From positions 1-15,335 of the forward strand of contig JBDKSP010000098.1 of assembly GCA_039680575.1 (NCBI GenBank): 15,335 nucleotides of DNA, in the 5' to 3' direction. Shown here piece by piece: positions 1-7,441 of the stretch (positions within the stretch are counted from its first letter, which is position 1; each line of letters starts with the position of its first letter). This DNA comes from Armatimonadota bacterium. GTDB taxonomy: Bacteria; Armatimonadota; UBA5829; DTLH01. The notes beneath the pieces were generated by a model, which was not told the origin of the DNA, searched no databases, and worked only from the letters and a program-made list of their open reading frames with translations. A program made the translations under genes and the position numbers.

Positions 1-34
1 GGTCCATATACGGCAGCATCCCATCACTACGCAT
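1..34 (-). CDS. 5' end of a gene running off the window (MRSDGMLPYMD...), product unknown
   Basis: The minus strand reads GGGAGGTGGATAA-ATG: a strong Shine-Dalgarno upstream of the ATG at 34, with an open frame to the window edge. Confidence 0.6.
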   Translation of the reverse strand, partial: MRSDGMLPYMD

Positions 35-228
35 TTATCCACCTCCCTGGTGATTACTACTTCGACAAATGCTGCCTGTTTTCCGCACGAATTGTATTGC
101 TCAAATAAAACTGATGGAGGATCAGGGCATTATACACCGAAGAGCTTTATCATATTTCTCTCGGTGCTGCCAAGGAAAAGCAAGAGTTCGGAGTTGATGA
201 GTATAACATCATGCTGAACGAACACAAC

Positions 229-254
229 GTCATGCTGAGCTTGACTCAGCATCC
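229..254. repeat. REP-like palindrome GTCATGCTGAG-CTTGA-CTCAGCATCC
   Basis: Perfect 8-bp stem (232-239 with 245-252). It is preceded by a 12/13 copy of its 5' end (205-217 vs 226-238). Confidence 0.55.
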
Positions 255-323
255 AGGAAAGCTTTCCAAATTGGTGGAGACTCGTAGCTTTAAAGTAGAT
301 GCTTTAAGTCTTCACCATTCGTG

Positions 324-350
324 AAATCCGTTAAATCCGCGCAATCCGCG
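324..350 (+). repeat. 9-bp-period tandem repeat (AAATCCGTT AAATCCGCG CAATCCGCG)
   Basis: Three AATCCG cores at 9-nt spacing, read directly from the sequence. Confidence 0.55.
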
Positions 351-381
351 TTTCAAAATGACGGATAGTGGATGCCGATAG

Positions 382-414
382 AAAAGCGGAAGCTGCCGCT
401 TCCGCACTCCAAAG
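382..414 (-). repeat. REP-like hairpin GGAGT-GCGGAAGC-GGCA-GCTTCCGC-TTTT (could also terminate minus-strand transcripts)
   Basis: Perfect 8-bp GC-rich stem (386-393 with 398-405), with a GGAG(T) foot on the minus strand. Confidence 0.55.
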
Positions 415-499
415 AGATTAGTGGAGACTTGCACCATTCATACTAACCTCTATTCGCAAACTTACCCCTTCTATATATAGTGCGTTTGCCGAGTCGCCG

Positions 500-527
500 T
501 TGACACTGACCGCGCGGGCGGTATAAT
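500..527 (+). promoter_or_regulatory. Sigma70-type promoter for the LysM-G5 gene
   Basis: Perfect TTGACA (500-505), 16-bp spacer, TATAAT (522-527). Confidence 0.8.
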
Positions 528-570
528 GAAATAGACTCGTGAATAAAGCGGGTCCAAAGGAGTGTATGGT

Positions 571-1560
571 ATGGATCAGGACAAACTGATTCGGAGTCTC
601 AAACTGCAGCTTCGCCTGGAACGGACTGCCATCGCGCTGGTTGCATTAATATTTATAGTCTGGTGGGCCATCGGCAGCTTTGCTGGCCGGGTTTATGTCA
701 TCACTGCCGACGGAAAACCGTTAGCCTGTGTCGCGACGCGCGAATCCGCCGAGAATGTGATCACGGAAGTGAAAGGTGCGGTAGCCGGGGCGAAACCTGC
801 CGACATATCCTTCAAGGAATTAGTGGAGATAAAAAAGGCTCCAGCCGATGCCGATGTCGTGCCCGAATCTGAAGCAGTGAAGTCTGTTCTCGGAAAAGTG
901 TCGCTTCGCGTGAAGAAATATGCGATCCTCATCAAAGGAAAACCTGCGGTCGCGGTCGATTCCGAGGAAGATGCAGGCGCTGTGCTGGAGGCCGCAAAAG
1001 CGCGGTTCGGCAGCATGGTCAAAAACCTGATGGAAGAGCCGCAGTTCAAAGAGCAGGTCGATGTCCGGCGGATGCCGGTAGACCTTGGGCTTTACCAGCC
1101 GAGCGTTGATGAAGCGGTAAACGACCTCTTTACAGCCGGCGGGTCGGGAGCTTACGTGGTCGCATCGGGAGATGTCGCAAGCAAAATAGCGATGCGGCAG
1201 GGGATGTCCATGTCGGAACTCGAAAGCCTGAACCCGGGCAAGAACATGGCAAAGCTGCAGATCGGCGAAGAGCTGTATGTGTCGAAATCAGGAAGCTCCG
1301 ACAGGCCTAAACTCACGGTTATAGTGCGAAACAGCGAAACGAAGACCGAACCGATACCCTACACCACAGAATCCGTCTCCAGCGTCAAGCTGTTTGCAGG
1401 AAAGCAGACTGAGCTTTCTCCCGGCCGGAACGGTTTGAGACAGGTGGTGCTCGCTACATCCTATGAAAACGGCGTCCGCACCGGTTCCGAAGTTGTCGAG
1501 GAGACGATTATCCGCAATCCGGTTCCGAGACGGGTAGCAGTCGGTATTCGCCCGCATTAA
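571..1560 (+). CDS. Membrane-anchored LysM and G5 domain protein (cell-envelope/peptidoglycan binding)
   Basis: N-terminal hydrophobic helix (TAIALVALIFIVWWAIG); LysM (YVVASGD..SKIA...GMSMSELESLNP...LQIGEELYV); C-terminal G5 (EPIPYTTE...GRNG...YENGV...EETII..PV.R.V.VG). SD AAGGAG (557-562) favours ATG 571 over GTG 562. Confidence 0.85.
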   Translation: MDQDKLIRSLKLQLRLERTAIALVALIFIVWWAIGSFAGRVYVITADGKPLACVATRESAENVITEVKGAVAGAKPADISFKELVEIKKAPADADVVPESEAVKSVLGKVSLRVKKYAILIKGKPAVAVDSEEDAGAVLEAAKARFGSMVKNLMEEPQFKEQVDVRRMPVDLGLYQPSVDEAVNDLFTAGGSGAYVVASGDVASKIAMRQGMSMSELESLNPGKNMAKLQIGEELYVSKSGSSDRPKLTVIVRNSETKTEPIPYTTESVSSVKLFAGKQTELSPGRNGLRQVVLATSYENGVRTGSEVVEETIIRNPVPRRVAVGIRPH

Positions 1561-1586
1561 TCCACTTCCGCTGCGTAGAGTGCCAT

Positions 1587-1616
1587 AAAGCCGCCTGAAA
1601 TCCGGGCGGCTTTTTT
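1587..1616 (+). terminator. Intrinsic terminator
   Basis: AAAGCCGCCTG-AAATC-CGGGCGGC followed by a T6 tract, just downstream of the stop at 1560. Confidence 0.85.
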
Positions 1617-1804
1617 AACATGTGGTCTGTGCAGTGGCAAGGACCAATCATGACTGGACATAAGATACTGATTTCGGTCATAATAGTAGCACGACGTCTA
1701 CTTGTAGTTCTTGAGTAGGTGTAGAGCAGATAATAAATGTTCACAATTATCGCAAAACATGCGGATCAAACCGCTGAATATAAGAAAAGCGAGCTAAAAG
1801 CAAT

Positions 1805-2836
1805 ATGACTAACGGCGTAGCTACCCTTGGAGATGTAGCTAAACAGGCGGGAGTATCAAAATCCACTGTTTCCCGCATTCTATCGGTAAAAAAAGGGCAC
1901 AGGGTGCCTTTTTCCGTATCAACCCAGGAGAAAGTCCGAAATGCGGCAAACGCGCTCGATTATCGGCCCAGTAAACTTGCGAGAGGCCTCACAAAGAGCA
2001 GGACGGGCATTATAGGCCTGGTAGTACCATCCATTAAGAACAGTTTCTTTCCAAGTCTTATCGATGTTATCGAGTCGCGTCTGACTGTAGAAGGTTTCAA
2101 TGTCATTCTCGCGGACACGAATGCCGATCTATCGGTAGAACGGGCGAAGATCGAGGATTTGCTCTCCTGGCGGGTGGATGGGCTTATCATAGCGCCGTGT
2201 CAGAAAAACCCGGACGTGAAACTTTTTCATGATTTGAAGGTGAGGAAAGTTCCTTTTGTTCTGGTCGACAGGAGTTTCCCGCAAACCCCTTTCTACAGTG
2301 TTGTATCGGATGATTACTCGGGCGCGGTTATGATGACGGAGCATCTGCTGTCCATTGGTTACCGGCAAATAGCAGTGGTAAGCGACTCGTTTACGGTATC
2401 CACACACAGGCTGAGGCACGCCGGTTATGTCGACACGCTCCTCCGCCATGGGATTATGCCGGACCCGGCACTGAGTATCCAGGTAGAGGCAACCAGCGAA
2501 GGCGGCAGGGAAGCCATGCGCACCATTATGGAGTTGCCCAGCCTTCCAGATGCGGTTTTCTTCTTCGGAGACCCGATGGTGATCGGCGCTATGGACGAGT
2601 GTTTTACGCACGGCATAAAAGTGCCGGAAGATATGGCGATAGCCGGATATGCCGATCTGAATTATGCAAGCGTCTTAAGAGTCCCCTTGACGACTGTGCG
2701 CCAGCCAAGGGAACTGCTTGGTAAATCCGCAGTCGAAATGCTGCTCGCGCAGCTTAACGGCCGCAACCCCGGCCAGTTCCAGCTGAAACTGCCTGTAGAG
2801 ATGGTCATCAGGGAATCGTGCGGCTCGCACAAGTGA
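1805..2836 (+). CDS. LacI/GalR-family transcriptional regulator
   Basis: N-terminal HTH TLGDVAKQAGVSKSTVSRIL, hinge YRPSKLARGL, and periplasmic-binding-protein-like C-terminus (VDGLII, VPEDMAIAGY, PLTTVRQP, RESC). Confidence 0.95.
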   Translation: MTNGVATLGDVAKQAGVSKSTVSRILSVKKGHRVPFSVSTQEKVRNAANALDYRPSKLARGLTKSRTGIIGLVVPSIKNSFFPSLIDVIESRLTVEGFNVILADTNADLSVERAKIEDLLSWRVDGLIIAPCQKNPDVKLFHDLKVRKVPFVLVDRSFPQTPFYSVVSDDYSGAVMMTEHLLSIGYRQIAVVSDSFTVSTHRLRHAGYVDTLLRHGIMPDPALSIQVEATSEGGREAMRTIMELPSLPDAVFFFGDPMVIGAMDECFTHGIKVPEDMAIAGYADLNYASVLRVPLTTVRQPRELLGKSAVEMLLAQLNGRNPGQFQLKLPVEMVIRESCGSHK

Positions 2837-2891
2837 CCTTAACAGGGGCTGGGATGCTTCCTCACAGTAATTCTGATATTCTCTCGCCGCA

Positions 2892-2900
2892 TGTTATAAT
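2892..2900 (+). promoter_or_regulatory. Extended -10 promoter element upstream of trxB
   Basis: TG-T-TATAAT (TGnTATAAT); no convincing -35. Confidence 0.55.
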
Positions 2901-2947
2901 ATAGAGGGCAATTACCCCGTTATTGACACTCGACTCGGAGGAAAAAG

Positions 2948-3865
2948 ACGACGTACGACACAATTATCATCGGCGGAGGTCCGGCGGGGCTGACGGCTGC
3001 AATATATTCCGCGCGCGCGCGGCTTAATACTCTCCTGGTGGAAAAAACATTCCCAGGCGGGCTTATGATGATTTCGGATTACATCGAAAACTATCCGGGC
3101 TTCGCAAGCGGAGTGTCCGGGACTGATCTTTGTACCGCAATGCGCGACCAGGTCGAGAAATTCGGCGCGGTTGTACAGCTTTCTGAGATAGCGTCGGTCG
3201 ATCTGACCGGGACGGAGAAGCTCATCCGAACAGTTAAAGGGGAGCTTCGCGCAAAAACGGTTATCCTGGCGCTCGGCGCCAAGCCCCGAAGGCTCGGCGT
3301 GCCTGGAGAAAAGGAATTTCAGGGGCGCGGTGTTTCCTATTGCGCGACCTGTGACGGTCCGTTCTTTAAGGGTAAGAAGCTCGCAGTCATCGGCGGAGGC
3401 GATACGGCTGTCGAAGACTCCTGTTACCTCACCAAGTTTGCCGATGGTGTCACGATAATCCACAGGCGTAATAAGTTTCGCGCAGCCAAGATGCTCCAGG
3501 AGAGAGCACTCTCCAATCCGCGCATAAAAGTGATGTGGGACAGTGTCGTCGAGGAAATACACGGCAGCCCTTCCGTAGACAGGCTCAAGATCAAGGACCT
3601 GAAGACCAGCACGCTCACGAACCTTAATGTCGATGGTGTCTTCGTCCTCATTGGGCAGGAACCGGACACAGTGTTCCTCAAAGGCCAGGTAGAACTGGAC
3701 GAGTTCGGCTATATTCCGACCGACAGTGAGATGCGGACCAATTTACCGGGAGTCTATGCTGCCGGTGATGTTCGCCGAAAGTCATTCCGGCAGATAGTTA
3801 CGGCTTGCGCTGACGGGGCTATTGCCGCAAATTCGGCTGAGAAGTACATCGAAACCCTGCCCTGA
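2948..3865 (+). CDS. trxB: Thioredoxin-disulfide reductase (start codon uncertain; see findings)
   Basis: The frame upstream of the ORF-track start (3038) encodes YDTIIIGGGPAGLTAAIY (FAD-binding). Also the redox motif GVSYCATCDG (CATC at 3341-3352), NADPH motif VIGGGDTA, HRR, and GVYAAGDV...RQIVTA. Confidence 0.93.
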   Translation, partial: TTYDTIIIGGGPAGLTAAIYSARARLNTLLVEKTFPGGLMMISDYIENYPGFASGVSGTDLCTAMRDQVEKFGAVVQLSEIASVDLTGTEKLIRTVKGELRAKTVILALGAKPRRLGVPGEKEFQGRGVSYCATCDGPFFKGKKLAVIGGGDTAVEDSCYLTKFADGVTIIHRRNKFRAAKMLQERALSNPRIKVMWDSVVEEIHGSPSVDRLKIKDLKTSTLTNLNVDGVFVLIGQEPDTVFLKGQVELDEFGYIPTDSEMRTNLPGVYAAGDVRRKSFRQIVTACADGAIAANSAEKYIETLP

Positions 3866-3999
3866 TTACGTAACAGCTCACCCTTAATGAGAATCATACA
3901 TTATTCTGAACAACCAGCGCGTCACCCTTGTACTTCCATCTCGGGAGGGATTGCAAATACAGCCCGAGAGAGTGATCGATCATTTTCATCGAGCTCTGC

Positions 4000-4028
4000 T
4001 TGTCGCTGGGTGCCGAATATGGTACAAT
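4000..4028 (+). promoter_or_regulatory. Sigma70-type promoter for ricT-fmdB-metG
   Basis: TTGTCG (4000-4005), 17-bp spacer, TACAAT (4023-4028), with TG at 4020-4021 (extended -10). Confidence 0.6.
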
Positions 4029-4071
4029 GTCGACGATGCACCGCATATTTATGAAAGTCTGATATACACTT

Positions 4072-5019
4072 ATGCCACTGGTTGTTGGTGTGAGCTTTAG
4101 AAGGGTAGGAAAGGTTTATTATTTCGACCCCGGCGAGCTTACAATTCATGAAGGAGATTTTGTTATCGCGGAGACGGCCCGTGGGGTCGAATTCGGCGAG
4201 GTGATGATCGAGCCGCGCCAAGTACCGGAGAACGAACTCGTAGCGCCGCTCAAGATGATCGTCCGGGTCGCTACCGGAGATGATCTCGAATGCGCAGCCA
4301 CCAACCGCGAGTGCGAGAAAGAAGCTTTCGATCTCTGCCTGCGGAAAATCGCTGAGCATAACCTGCCGATGAAGCTCCTCGAAGCCGAATACAGCTTCGA
4401 CGGGTCGATGATAACCTTCTGTTTCTCCGCCGAAGGCCGGGTCGATTTCCGAGAACTGGTCAAGGACCTCGGAGTGACTCTCAAGACCAAGGTTCAGCTC
4501 CACCAGATCGGCGTGCGTGACGAGGCCAAACTGATCGGCGGTTTCGGCACCTGCGGCAGAGAGCTTTGCTGCACAAGTTTCCTTTCCAACTTCGATCCCA
4601 TCTCTATGAAGATGGCAAAGGACCAGAGCTTGTTTCTCAATCCCGCCAAGTTCTCCGGGGTGTGCGGTAAACTGATGTGCTGCCTCAGATATGAGCATGA
4701 TTTTTACAAGTATGCAAAGGAATGCCTGCCTGCGGTCGGTGCGGTTGTCCAGACGGAACGCGGAGTCGGCAAGGTGGTAGACATCAATGTGGTCTCGGAC
4801 ACACTCACCGTGGAGCTCGAAGGCCCGGTGACTCTGATTATCCCGGCCAATGAGCTGAATTTGACCGGATGCTGCCGCCGCCACGGCTTCGGTTGCTCGA
4901 TGAAGGAAGCCAACTGTAAACCTATCAGGGAACAGGGAGCGGAGGACAGGGCACCGGAAGACGATCAACAGGAAGCGGAAGAAACAATAGAAGATCCCAA
5001 TATCCCTGCCGAGGACTGA
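4072..5019 (+). CDS. ricT: PSP1-domain protein RicT/YaaT (stage 0 sporulation family)
   Basis: Motifs GKVYYFDP, VIAETARG.EFG, F.AEGRVDFRELVKDL, QIGVRDEAKLIGG.G.CGRELCC, MAKDQ.L.LNP.K.SG.CGKLMCCL.YE. It lies upstream of metG, as in Bacillota. Confidence 0.93.
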   Translation: MPLVVGVSFRRVGKVYYFDPGELTIHEGDFVIAETARGVEFGEVMIEPRQVPENELVAPLKMIVRVATGDDLECAATNRECEKEAFDLCLRKIAEHNLPMKLLEAEYSFDGSMITFCFSAEGRVDFRELVKDLGVTLKTKVQLHQIGVRDEAKLIGGFGTCGRELCCTSFLSNFDPISMKMAKDQSLFLNPAKFSGVCGKLMCCLRYEHDFYKYAKECLPAVGAVVQTERGVGKVVDINVVSDTLTVELEGPVTLIIPANELNLTGCCRRHGFGCSMKEANCKPIREQGAEDRAPEDDQQEAEETIEDPNIPAED

Positions 5020-5030
5020 CAGCTGTAAAA

Positions 5031-5261
5031 ATGCCGATTTACGAATTCAGATGCAATGAATGCGATAAAAAATTTGAGAAGCTCTGTAAAGTGGGGCAGA
5101 ACGACGCGGCATGTCCGGATTGCGGAGGGGAATCGTCCAAGTTGTTCTCTGCGTTTTTTGCGCGGAGCGTATCATCGGACGGGTCATCCTGCTCATGTGG
5201 TGGAAACTGCAGTTGCGGAGGAGGATGTTCGGGTTCGAGCTGCTCCGGCTGTTGCCACTAG
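5031..5261 (+). CDS. FmdB-family zinc ribbon protein with Cys/Gly/Ser-rich tail
   Basis: MPIYEFRCNEC...FE...CPDCG....KLFS signature. Confidence 0.9.
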   Translation: MPIYEFRCNECDKKFEKLCKVGQNDAACPDCGGESSKLFSAFFARSVSSDGSSCSCGGNCSCGGGCSGSSCSGCCH

Positions 5262-5297
5262 TGCGGGCATAAGTCCTGCTGATATAGCGAGGTTGTT

Positions 5298-7247
5298 TTG
5301 GATAATAAGGTCTTCTATATAACTACACCAATTTACTACGTCAATGATGTGCCTCACATCGGAAATGCCTACACTACTCTCATCTCCGATGTCGTCGCGC
5401 GGTTCCAGAGGCTCCGTGGACGTGAGGTCCTCTTTGCAACAGGTACCGATGAAAACGCCACGAAGGTAGCCGAAGCCGCCGAAGCCGCAGGGATGGATAC
5501 GAAGGCCTTTGTAGACAGCATCGCTCCGAAGTTCAAAGAAGTCTGGAAAGACCTTGAGATAACCAATGATGATTTCATCCGAACCACTGAGCCGAGGCAC
5601 ATCGAAGCCGTGCAGGAAGCCTTTCGCAGGCTGAGGGACAAGGGTGACATCTATAAAGGTACTTACGAAGGCTGGTACTGCGTTTCCGATGAGACATTCT
5701 TCCGCGAGTCCGAAGTAACCGATGGGCTTTGTCCGAACCCTGAATGCCGTAAGCCGGTGAGCTGGGTGCAGGAAGAGAACTACTACTTCAGGCTTTCCGC
5801 CTACCAGGACAAGCTGCTCGAGTGGATTGAAGCCAATCCGGGGTGTCTCCAGCCGGAGTTCCGCAAAAATGAGGTAGTCAGTTTCATCAAACAGGGGCTG
5901 CATGACATTTCCATCTCACGCACAAACCGTGGTTGGGGCATACCTGTCCCGGACGAGCCCGACAAAGTCATCTATGTCTGGTTCGACGCGCTCATCAACT
6001 ACCTGACTATAGCGGGGTGGCTTACGGATAAAGAGAAGTTCGAACGCACCTGGCCGACGGATGTGCAGCTTATGGGCAAGGAGATTTTTGTCCGGTTTCA
6101 CTGCACTTTTTGGCCGGCGATCCTCATGGGGCTCGGCCTTCCGCTTCCCAAGGTGCTCTTCGGGCATGGGTTCTGGTCTATCGAGGGAGAAAAGATCTCG
6201 AAGTCGAAGGGTAACGCCATCTCGCCCGCCAAGCTCGCAGCGGACTTGTCGGAGCTTTCCGGCGCAACCAGAGAAGTTTCTGTCGATACTATCAGGTATT
6301 TCGTGGCAAGGGAAGTGCCGCTCGGGCAGGACGCGGATTTCTCATGGGCCGCGCTCATCCACAGGTTCAACTCGGACCTGGCAAACGATCTCGGCAACCT
6401 CCTGAACCGGACACTTTCGATGGTCAGGTCATATTTCGGCGGGATCATCCCCGAAAATGCCGGGATAGACGCAGAGATGAAGGCCAAAATCGTGTCCGCA
6501 GTCGATGAAACCGAATCGGCATTCCTCAGTCTTGAGTTTACCAAGGGGCTTGAAGCTATCTGGCAAGCCATTGCAAGCGGAAACAGGTTTATAGATGATA
6601 AAGCTCCCTGGAGGCTGATGAAAGAGGGAAAGAAAGACGAAGCGGCTGTTGTGCTTTACTCCGTAATGGAGCTTCTGCGCTCAACAGCGATTATGGTATC
6701 TCCATTGATGCCGACTGTGGCGAAGGAGATCTGGCGGCAGTTGGGAACGTCAGAAGATCTCAGCAAAATACAGTGGGCGGACGCGGTAGAGTCCGGCAGG
6801 CTCACCCCCGGAACCGAGATAAACGGCCCGCAGCCCATCTTCCCCAGGATCGACGAAAAGAAAAAGAAGGAGAAAAGAGTGGAAACTGAGCAGCCAAAAG
6901 AAACCGAGGCCAAACCGGAGCAGGCTTATATCACTTACGATGAGTTCTCGAAACTCGACATTCGGGTTGCCGAGATAAAGACTGCCGAGAGAGTACCAAA
7001 AGCCGATAAGCTGCTTCAGCTCACAGTAGACGACGGCAGCGGAGAAAGAACCATTGTAGCCGGTGTAGCCCAGTACTATGAACCGGAAACGCTTGTAGGC
7101 AGGAAGATCGTGCTTCTTGCCAACCTGCAGCCCGCGAAAATCCGCGGGGTCGAATCGCATGGTATGATGCTCGCAGCCGACATAGACGGCAGAGCAGTAA
7201 TTCTACGGCCGGACGAAGATGTACCGGCAGGCTCCAAGGTGCGGTAA
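5298..7247 (+). CDS. metG: Methionine--tRNA ligase with C-terminal tRNA-binding (Trbp111-like OB) domain
   Basis: FYITTPIYYVN..PHIGN, GTDE, DFIRTT, YVWFDAL.NY, KISKSKGN, N.DLAND.GNL.NR, C-terminal ADKLL...NL.P.K.RG..S.GM.LAA. TTG start with GAGG SD. Confidence 0.97.
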   Translation: MDNKVFYITTPIYYVNDVPHIGNAYTTLISDVVARFQRLRGREVLFATGTDENATKVAEAAEAAGMDTKAFVDSIAPKFKEVWKDLEITNDDFIRTTEPRHIEAVQEAFRRLRDKGDIYKGTYEGWYCVSDETFFRESEVTDGLCPNPECRKPVSWVQEENYYFRLSAYQDKLLEWIEANPGCLQPEFRKNEVVSFIKQGLHDISISRTNRGWGIPVPDEPDKVIYVWFDALINYLTIAGWLTDKEKFERTWPTDVQLMGKEIFVRFHCTFWPAILMGLGLPLPKVLFGHGFWSIEGEKISKSKGNAISPAKLAADLSELSGATREVSVDTIRYFVAREVPLGQDADFSWAALIHRFNSDLANDLGNLLNRTLSMVRSYFGGIIPENAGIDAEMKAKIVSAVDETESAFLSLEFTKGLEAIWQAIASGNRFIDDKAPWRLMKEGKKDEAAVVLYSVMELLRSTAIMVSPLMPTVAKEIWRQLGTSEDLSKIQWADAVESGRLTPGTEINGPQPIFPRIDEKKKKEKRVETEQPKETEAKPEQAYITYDEFSKLDIRVAEIKTAERVPKADKLLQLTVDDGSGERTIVAGVAQYYEPETLVGRKIVLLANLQPAKIRGVESHGMMLAADIDGRAVILRPDEDVPAGSKVR

Positions 7248-7268
7248 GGGTATTCAGGAGCCAACTAA

Positions 7269-7422
7269 AGAGTTTCGAGAATGATGTAGCAAAGCTACGG
7301 ACACATAACCAGTCATTGCTAATGCTGTATCTGTTGGTTTTACGCTCAGACTCGAAACTCTCCCGGAAAGAGTTTTGGCTGAAATAGTGTCAAATACTCG
7401 TTACATCAATTACCAAAACTCT
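7269..7422. repeat. Two tandem inverted-repeat-bounded units (AGAGTTT...AAACTCT), MITE-like or structured RNA
   Basis: AGAGTTTCGAG (7269-7279) pairs with CTCGAAACTCT (7351-7361); AGAGTTTTGG (7369-7378) pairs with CCAAAACTCT (7413-7422). Confidence 0.6.
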
Positions 7423-7441
7423 GTAAACAGGAGCTAATAAT

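Noticed and set aside
205..439. CRISPR array
   Set aside because: The repeats are heterogeneous, with no constant repeat-spacer periodicity and no cas genes.
3883..3901. Fur-box-like TAATGAGAATCAT upstream of ricT
   Set aside because: Only 12/19 match to the consensus, and about 100 bp from the predicted promoter.
3914..4009. Possible structured RNA (CTCGGG/CCCGAG and CCAGCG/CGCTGG stems), T-box or SAM riboswitch for metG
   Set aside because: The stems are short, no T-box or SAM-I consensus is visible, and the region lies upstream of the predicted promoter.
3922..4968. 348-aa minus-strand ORF
   Set aside because: Antisense shadow of ricT with no recognisable motifs. The same applies to 2912-3562, 5193-5903, 7742-8569, 10082-10741 and the other ORFs nested in confident genes.
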